Positions 55,575 to 64,000 of a DNA stretch of 64,000 nt are shown one piece after another. This DNA comes from Chiloscyllium plagiosum (lineage: Eukaryota). The stretch spans positions 55,544,422 through 55,608,421 of the forward strand of contig NC_057718.1 of the NCBI RefSeq assembly GCF_004010195.1, read 5' to 3'. The notes under the pieces are model-generated. The model did no database searches. It was not told where the DNA came from and saw only the letters and a program-made list of their open reading frames with translations. Position 1 is the stretch's first letter. Every line of letters starts with the position of its first letter. Made by a program: the position numbers and the translations under genes.

Positions 55575-56532
55575 CTAGAATTCACTAGAGAGGAAGAAAA
55601 GGACAACAAACTCCCATTCCTAGATGTGATGGTACAGAGAACACCAAATGGAGAATTCACCACAAAGGTATACAGGAAAGCCACACACACAAACCAAGTG
55701 CTAAACTACAAAAACAACCATCCCAACACACACAAAAGAAGTTGCATCAAGACACTGTTCAAAAGGGCCACAACACACTGCAGTACACCAGAACTGCAAA
55801 AAGAGGAAGAAGAACACCTATACAATGTATTCACCAAAAACGGATACCCCCGCAATTTCATCAACAGATGCCCAAGGGAAAGACAACAGAATGACGTCAT
55901 GCCACAACTCAAAGGACTAGCCACAGTACCATGCATCAAAAACATTTCTGAACTGACAGCCAGACTACTGCGACCACTAGGACTCATAACAGCACACAAA
56001 CCAACAGCCACTCTCAGACAACAACTCACCAGGACGAAGGACCCGATACCCAGCATAAGCAAAACCAATGTAGTGTACAAAATCCCATGCAAGGACTGCA
56101 CAAAACACTACATAGGACAAACAGGAAGACAGCTAACGATCCGCATCCATGAACACCAACTAGCCACAAAACGACATGACCAGCTATCCTTAGTAGCAAC
56201 ACACTCAGATGACAAGCAACATGAATTCGACTGGGACAACACTACTATTATAGGACAAGCCAAACAGAGAACAGCCAGGGAATTCCTAGAGGCATGGCAC
56301 TCATTCACAGATTCAATCAATAAGCACATCGACCTGGACCCAATATACTGGCCACTGCAGCGGACAGCTGGAACTAACAACCAGAAGCGGCAGATACAAA
56401 TCAATATAAATGCTGGAGGAAACATCACAGAAGCGCTTCACAGGAGGCTCCCAAGCAATGAGGATGTCACCTAGACAGGGGACGAAACGTCTGCAACACA
56501 AATTCCCAGCTCGGCGAACAGAACCACAACAA
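55575..56532 (+). mobile_element. 5'-truncated PLE family A with an open RT-thumb/GIY-YIG frame (ORF 55626..56474)
   Basis: LPFLDV, KVYRKATHT, NVVYKIPCKDCTKHYIGQTGRQLTIRIHEH; hammerhead motif at 56455-56494 with C3>A. Confidence 0.93.
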
Positions 56533-57844
56533 GATGGACATTGCTTTGCTCTTTCAGCTGCAAAATTGATGTTCATGTTACCACACATGTTTCTGAACTC
56601 ATTATTGACAATAGAAGGGCATTTGCCAGCTGACTATTTTTGACTCAAACATTGTAAATTTTCTTCTGGAGAGAAGAAGTTCAAAATGGATTCATTTTCT
56701 GCTAACAATTCATTCCTTGGTTGATAAAAATCCCCTTTATCTATTTTAAGAATATTGGTCAGATTTTTTCATGTTCAAGATGTGATAATTTGAAATATTT
56801 ATTTGGTTTGTACTTGAAATAATTTTAATCTTTCATCTTTTCTTGATTCAATTCTAAATTAATTTAATGTAGTTCCCTTTGAATGGTATCAATATCTTCT
56901 TGCTTTGGATTTCCACTATTTTGTCTAACACTTCCCCTTCGATTTTGCTGGACTTGTAAAGACTCACCTGACTTTTTAAAATTGTCAGATGTGACTCTGA
57001 TTCAGAAGTTACGCACCCATTTCTGAGTCACTGTTTTTGCTGATAGTGGAGCCTCCCGATGGCTCAATCACTTTTTCTGAGGTTGCTTTCCACATGATTC
57101 CTGAGCCTGTATTCCAGCACTTACTTATGGGCACAATTTCAGCTCTTGTGCAGACAATTAGATTCACTAAGCTGTAATTGCCCTTCACTTTTCTGAAACC
57201 CTAATTTCCAAGCTGCACAGAGCTGTAATTGGTTTGCAGGGTGATTTCTGAGCCCTAGCACTTCCTAACAATGTAATCAGCAATCTTTTGTTGCTGTATC
57301 AGCCCTCAATCACCCAGGACTTTTTTGAGTTCTAACTGTGCAAAATAAGCAAATGACATCACTTTCCTGCTTGGTGCCTCTTTCTCTGTGTCTCTCCTAG
57401 AGGCCTCCTCTATCACAGGAATCACTTTTTGTGTGGTGCCATGCTGGTGCTGTGATTTTCTTGCTGCAACATCCATGTGGTTGCCCTCTTGTCCAAAATG
57501 GCTGACTCTTCAGCTTTGGAGAGAAAGCTAGAACAATTGCATGCATTGGCTGAGAGGCTGCAATGCTCTGTGCATGGTCAGAAACATTCAACCTGCCATG
57601 AAATGGAGTCCTTAGTTTCCACCCATGAGTAAGGTATATCAGGTTGATAATGGTGTTCGGTCCTAGGATGTTGCCTTGAAAAGTGAGATTTTGAGCATTT
57701 AAGTTTTTCTGAAAAATCAAAATAAATTGATGACTGAGTTCATGAATTATTATTTCAAGCAAGCATTTGATAATTATTTAGTGTAACTTATGTTACTGGC
57801 AATCCAGAGGTCTTGAGTAATGATTTGAAAATATGATTCCAAGT

Positions 57845-58217
57845 CCAGGGAGTCCAAAACTAAAGGTCATTTAAGGTGAGAGTGGAAAGATTTAAAAGGC
57901 ACCTAAGTGGCAACTGTTTCACCCAGTGGGTGAGTGTGTATGGAATGAGCTACCAGAGGAAGTGATGGAGGCTGGTGGGTTGGGATATCTAGCCGGCATG
58001 GACAAGTTGGACACAAAGGCACTGTTTCCATGCTTTCCATTTCTATGACTCTATGACTCTAATTACAGCATTTAACAGGCATCTAGATGGGTACATGATT
58101 AGGAAGAATTTAGAGGGATATGGGTCAAATGCTGGCGAATGGGACATTTAGACTGTCTGGTCGGCATGGATGAGCTGGACCGAAGGATCTGTTTCTGTGC
58201 TATACTCCTCTATGACT
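57845..58217 (+). mobile_element. Rearranged double CR1/HER1 tail
   Basis: Tail ctatgactct at about 58050 and again at about 58215. Confidence 0.75.
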
Positions 58218-58759
58218 AATTAAATAAATTTGTTAGCATTTCCAAAGAGATCGATAAGCTTATAAAAACAGTTTCGTACTTCTTCTGTTAGCTGACTGTC
58301 AAAATTTCATACTTTAAACTCTTTGCTGTAAGAAATTGTTTAAAAAAATCATTGAGTAATCATAAATAGCAAACAGAGTAGGAATATGTGAGTCATTTTT
58401 TGGTTTGCAGGCTTTGCTTAAGGGGTACGACAACAATTGATGCTTGACCCCAGCTATTCATAGTCCATAACAATGACTTGGATATGGGGATTGAATGTAA
58501 TATTTACAAGTTTGCAGAGGTGGATATGAGCATTGTGAGGAAGACACATGTTTCAATGAAATTCTGAGAAGTTAAATAAGTTGGCACTATCCATTTGGTA
58601 GGAAAAATGGTGAGAAACTGAAGACTGTTGAACTTCAAAGTGACTGGGTGTCCTTGTTCATCAGTCTTTGAAATTTCACGTGGAAGTATAGCAAGCAATT
58701 AAGAATCCAAATATTATGATGGCCTTTTTACCAAAAACATTTCCATGTAGAAGTAAAGA

Positions 58760-60475
58760 TATGGAACCACAGGAAATGGATGAGATACTAAATGAGTATT
58801 CCGCGTCAGTGGACTGTGGAGAAGGATATGGAAGCTAGATAACATGGGGAAATTAACAAGTGATATCTTGAAACATGTCCATATTACAGGAAAGATTCTG
58901 AACATCTTAAAATAATAATGGTGGCTAAATTTTACGACCTGACCAGATTTATCCCAAAACTTTGTGGGAAGCTCGGGAAGAGATTCCTGGGCTCCTTGCT
59001 GAGGTATTTGTATCATTGATAGCCATAGGTGAAATATTGGAAGACTGGAGGTTGGCTAATGTGGTGTCATTATTTAAGAAAGGTGATAAGGAAAAGTCCG
59101 GGAACTATAGGTTGATAAGCCTGACGTCAGTGGTGAGTGAGTTGTTGGAGAGGATTCTGAGGGACAGAATTTACATGCATTTAGAAAGTGACTGATTAGG
59201 GAGAGTCAACATGGCTTTGTGTGTGGGAAATAGTGTCTCACTAACTTGATTGAGTTTTTTGAAGAAATGACAAAGAAGATTGATGAAGGCAGAGCAGTAG
59301 ATGCTGTTTGCATGAACTTCAGCAAGATGTTCGACAAGGTTCCACATAGTCAACAGTTAGTAAGGTTAGATCACATGGAATGCAGGATGGGTTAGCCAAC
59401 TGGATATAAAATTGGCTTGAAGGTAGGAGACAGAGGGTGGTGATGAAGGATTGTTTTTCCTGACTGGAGCAGTGTGACCCGGTGGTATGCTGCAAACACT
59501 AATACTGGGTCCGCTACTTTACATGATTTACTTAAATGATTTGGATGTGAATAAAGGAGGTATGTTTAGTAAGTTTGCAGATGACCCCAGAATAGGTGAT
59601 ATAGTGGATAGTGAAAAACATTGCCTCAGAGTACAATGGCACCTTCATCAGATGGATCGATGGGCCAAGGAGTGGCAGATAGAGTTTAATTAAGACAAAT
59701 GTGAGGTGTGTTTTGGTAAGGTTAATTGGGGCAGGACCAATACACTTAATGGTAGGGTCTTGGGGAATTTTGCTGAGCAAAGGAACCTAGGGGTGCAGGT
59801 ACATAGTTCCTTGAAAGTGGAGTCATAGGTAGTCAAGGTGGTGAAGAAGGCATTTGGCACACTTGCCTTCATTGGTCAGTGCATTGAGTATATGAGTTGG
59901 GATGTCATATTGCGGCTGTACAGCACATTGGTTAGGTCACTTTTAGAATACCATGTACAATTCTGTCTCCCTGCTACAAGAAAGATGTTAAACTTGAAAG
60001 GATTAAAAAAAGATTTACAAGGATGTTGCCAGGATTGGAAGGTTTGAGCTATAGGGAGAGGTTGAATAGACTGGAGTTATTTTTTCCCTGGAGTGTTGGA
60101 GTCTGAAGAGTGACCTTTATAGAGGTTTATAAAATCATGAGGGGTATGGATAGGGTGAAAAGCCAAGTTCTTTTTCCCAGGGTAGGGGAGTTTAAACCTG
60201 TGCCCTCCATTTTTGAGGTGAGAGGAGAAAAAATTAAAAAGGACCTGAGGGACAACTTTCTTACACAGAGGGTGGTGTATGTATGGAGGATATGGTGGAG
60301 ACTGGTACAGTTACAACATTTAAAAGGCATCTGGATGGGTACATGAATAGAAACGGTTTAGAAGGATGTGGGTCAAAATCTGGCAATTTGGACTAATCAA
60401 TTTAGGAAGTCTGGTCGGCTTGGATGAGTTGGACCGAAGAGTGTGTTTCTCTGCGGTATGACTCTTTGACTCTAT
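58760..60475 (+). mobile_element. CR1/HER1 LINE (RT to tail) nested in an older CR1 (about 58300-58740 and 60476-61030)
   Basis: WRLANVVSLFKKG, YRLISLTSVV, LGPLLYMIYLNDL, KFADD; frameshifted. Confidence 0.9.
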
Positions 60476-61292
60476 GTCTTATTGCAATTATATAAATCCT
60501 GAGGCCGTATCTGGAGTAAGGTGTGCAGTTTTGGTCTCCTTATTTAAGAAAATTATATTTGCCATAGAGGATTCAACAAAGTAATTCCTGATTTCTGAGG
60601 CATTGACCGATGAAGAAAGATTAAATAGATTTCATTAAATATTAATTAAATTAGCCTATATTCCCTGGGGTTTAAAGAATGAAAGATGATCTCATTCAAA
60701 GTGAATGTGGAAGGACAGTTCACCTGACTGGAAACTGGGAAGTTTGGGGGAGGTGTTCTAGTGCCTGGGAACATAGTCACAAAATGAAGAAGCTATTTGT
60801 GACTGACAGCAGGATGAATTTATTCACTCAGAGAATGATGTATTTTTAGAGTTCTGTGCTTCTGACGGAAGAGCAATTATTTGGTATATTCAGAATTCAG
60901 TTTGATGGAATTCTAAATGTTAAGAAGTTCAGAGATATAAGAATGGGGCAGGAAAATACAATAGCATCAAAGTGAAAGATCAACCATGATCTAATTAAAT
61001 GACAGCTCGATGGGCTGAATAGTCTACTTTGTTTTTCTGTTTATACTATATTCTTTTACTAGGCAACTAATGTTTTAACTATAGAAAGTGACATCCCCCT
61101 TGTGTACCTACCATCATCTCAGTCTCCAGAGAATTGTAGACCTATTAGCAACTTGTTCAGTGTAATCCATAACTTCTAATCTGATCTAGTATTTGCATTT
61201 TGCCAAATAGTAATATTGAGTCAAGTAGCTAGATGCTTTCCTTGGCTTTTGAAAAATTGTTAAATCCAACAAAGCAGGGAAGAAGCTCCAAT

Positions 61293-61330
61293 GATTCCTG
61301 AAGAAGGGCATGTGCCCGAAACGTCGAATC
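61293..61330 (+). ncRNA. Minimal type I hammerhead ribozyme motif (family C)
   Basis: GATTC-CTGAAGA-A-GGGC atgt GCCC-GAAA-CGTC^-GAATC; 5-bp stem I and GUC cleavage triplet; within an 88-bp insert flanked by ccaatgattc (61288-61297, 61386-61395). Confidence 0.8.
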
Positions 61331-61419
61331 TTCTGTTCCCTAGATGCTGCCTGACCTGCTGTGCTGTTCCAGCAATAAAGTTTCACCAATGATTCTTCAC
61401 CCTTGGATACATCAGGATG

Positions 61420-61818
61420 AATCTCCTAGAATCCTTAAATGGCTTTCGCTTAAACTAAATGCTGTCCCACATCTGACTGTGGTGGTCATAAACTCAAGCA
61501 GCCTTTTCTTCCTCTTCTTCTGGTGGTAACGGTATCGAGGCTGCATCCGTCTTCGACTCTGAGGTTTCCTTGACGAAAGACGGATGCAGAGAACCCATGA
61601 TTTCTGACAGCCTTTCTGGCTGTTCTGATGGATCAGGTATGTTTTTCTCCTGGCCTGTTTGCACAGTAGCAGCTTTCAGGTGATCTGCATGTTTGTTCAG
61701 GACTGCATCATCTATCCAAACTTTATATGTCACAGGACCTGACCTCGTGTCAATCTCGCCTCGTATCCATGCCGGGCCATTTCTGTAGTTCCAGCACCAA
61801 CTTCATCCCTGAAGTAAA

Positions 61819-61876
<58 letters not shown>

Positions 61877-62370
61877 TTGAGGAGGTTTGTGGCTGGCATT
61901 GGAGTTCCAGATGCTGTTTCAACCTCCCTACCAAGGTCCAGAGTCTTCTCCTTTTCAGCAACTCTGCTGGGGCTATCCCTGTAGTTGTGTGAGAGATGGT
62001 CCGATAATCAAACAGGAATCGGGCAATTTGGTATCGGGTGGAGCTGTTGGTGTTTCTTTAATCCTGCTTTGAATGTTTGGACTACTCTTTCTGCCAGACC
62101 TTTGGACAATGAATGCCATTCAACTTTAGGAAATACTTGAATTCCCTGCTGGTAAATGATGTATCTTTGTCCTTGACCAATGCTCTGGGAGTCCCTGGGC
62201 ATCTTTGTACTATGAATGATGCTCACAGTTTTTCATTCAACTTCACTGAGTTTGCTAAATGAACTTTATGCACAGCTAACCACTTTGGGCATCCAGAATA
62301 ACCAGGAACATTGAGCCCATGAAAGGACTGTACGGTAACATAAATCCAGGGTTTACCCGGTCACGCCCAC
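61420..62370 (-). mobile_element. Gypsy integrase remnant
   Basis: SKGLAERVVQTFKAGLKK and GPVTYKV...NKHADHLK. Confidence 0.78.
61819..61873. repeat. (CT)n microsatellite
   Basis: Directly visible. Confidence 0.95.
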
Positions 62371-63687
62371 AAATGTGTAGGTGCTGCTGGTGGTCATTTT
62401 TGTTCTTGCTGGCACTGTGGCCACTGAATCACCGTAGTTGCCAATCCTGTCCACCAGACGTAACTTCTTGCTGACATCTTGAAGGGTTTTAATATCTGCT
62501 GCCTCAGGGAAGCTTCTCATAACTGAAAATGTTGTGGGTCCACAACCAGTCATAAGATTACTCATTGGGGCAGATGAAAAGCAATATCACTTGCCAGGAA
62601 AAAATATTGCATTCTTTCCACATACTGGGCCCAGTCATTGATGGCAAGATCAAACAAGTCAAGCTTCCCAAATAATGGCATGATGCTAAAAATGCTTACC
62701 CAAGTTCAAAGACAACTATTGCAAGCAAATCTTCTTAAGGCATGTACAATTTTCTCTAAATTGAAATAACTGCACAGAGACTCATCCCCAAAGAGACGGC
62801 ACTTTCCAGAATAAACTGGTTAAAATCCTATCCACTTTAAGAGCTAACTTACGTTTTCCTCGCTATGTATAATTCAAGTAACATTTTCCATCTGTCCTGC
62901 TACCCTTAACGTGTGCATTAATATCTACGTTGTGCATTAAACAGTTTATCTTGGCAACATATGATGTTTAGTGTCTAGTAATCAGATATAAGTAATGGTT
63001 AAGAATTAAAATGCAATGTTACCTCCTTGAATACAGGAGAAGAAGGGACACCCAGGGACAGATTGAATTGCTTCATGCCCCTCCTACCTACTGCTGTATA
63101 AAGCTCATTGACAAGCAACAGAAGATAGGTCTGAGTGCCTATCCATTGACCAGTGAGTGTCTATTGGACTTATCTTACAAAGACAATAGCTTTTCCCGGG
63201 AGTAAATTGAGTGCATACATGCTGGAGCCATGACAGCACTGAATTTGGATGGACTTCTCCACTTTTTGGGCAAGGCTGTGCTTGGCTCAGACATCTCTAA
63301 AAAAACATTTTCTTGCTCTCCGGCTGGTTTATTTCAGTTTTAACTAGAGGTTAGTCTTCAGCATATGTCTGGTTTTAGCCGTCCCTATATAGTCTTCCTG
63401 TTCTGGACCTCGGCTTTCATATTTTCCAACAGCTGCTGACATGTGTCTGTGATGTGAATATGAATGGGTAGCCACTGAGATCATGGTCTCTGTGCTGGTG
63501 AGGGTGAGTGATTGATGATCGTAGTGTTCTGTCTCATCACCCTCAGAGGTAGCGTTGAAACTTGCAGCCTGCCTCTTCTGTTTCTCTTGACTGCAAGGGT
63601 TTGTACTGGAGAACATAAAGACTTTTTCTCACTTGGATAATTGAAATCCTGGACTCTCCATCAATGCAGGATGGTCTACCTTCCTCC

Positions 63688-63960
63688 CCAGGGTCCCAGG
63701 TTCGATTCCAGCCTCGGGCGATTGCCTTTGTGGAGGTTGCACATTCTCCCCATGTCTGCGTGTGTTTCCTCCTGGTGCTCCGGTTTCCACCCACAATCCA
63801 AAAATGTGCAGGTCAGGTGAATTGGCCATGCCAAATTGCTCATAGTATTAGGTGAATTAGTCAGAGGGAAATGGGACTGGGTGGGTTACTCTTCGGCGGG
63901 TCGGTGTGGACTTGTTAGGCCGAAAGGCCTGTTTCCACACTGTAGGGAATCTAATCTAAT
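63688..63960 (+). mobile_element. HE1-type V-SINE, 5' truncated
   Basis: B box ggttcgattcc, V-domain and tail gggaatctaatctaat. Confidence 0.88.
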
Positions 63961-64000
63961 TCCGCAACCACCTGTTCTGTACAAATCAATATTCTGATGT

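Noticed and set aside
55626..56474. Domesticated host GIY-YIG gene
   Set aside because: Near-identical to the disrupted copy at 4425-5282, 5'-truncated and ending in a pLTR, so it is a young transposon copy.

Overview
Vertebrate genomic DNA, most likely a shark, inferred from HE1-type V-SINEs and HER1/CR1-type LINEs. The only host gene is on the + strand: four internal GT-AG coding exons (33809-33968, 37290-37388, 45039-45107, 51663-51848) of an EML5/6-family WD40 protein, closest to EML6. The first coding exon and exons after 51848 are not visible. The rest is intron filled with nested transposon remnants (CR1 LINEs, Penelope-like elements (PLEs), Gypsy, Harbinger, Tigger-like MITEs, SINEs), with two N gaps. 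The main unexplained signal is about 12 intact or decayed minimal hammerhead ribozyme motifs (CUGAnGA - stem II - GAAA - palindromic stem III - NUH) from several PLE families, with different but pairing stems. Many sit in 90-250 bp insertions flanked by target-site duplications, often folded back as long hairpins, with 5' junctions at the ribozyme. Repeat boundaries are estimated by eye unless exact motifs are quoted.
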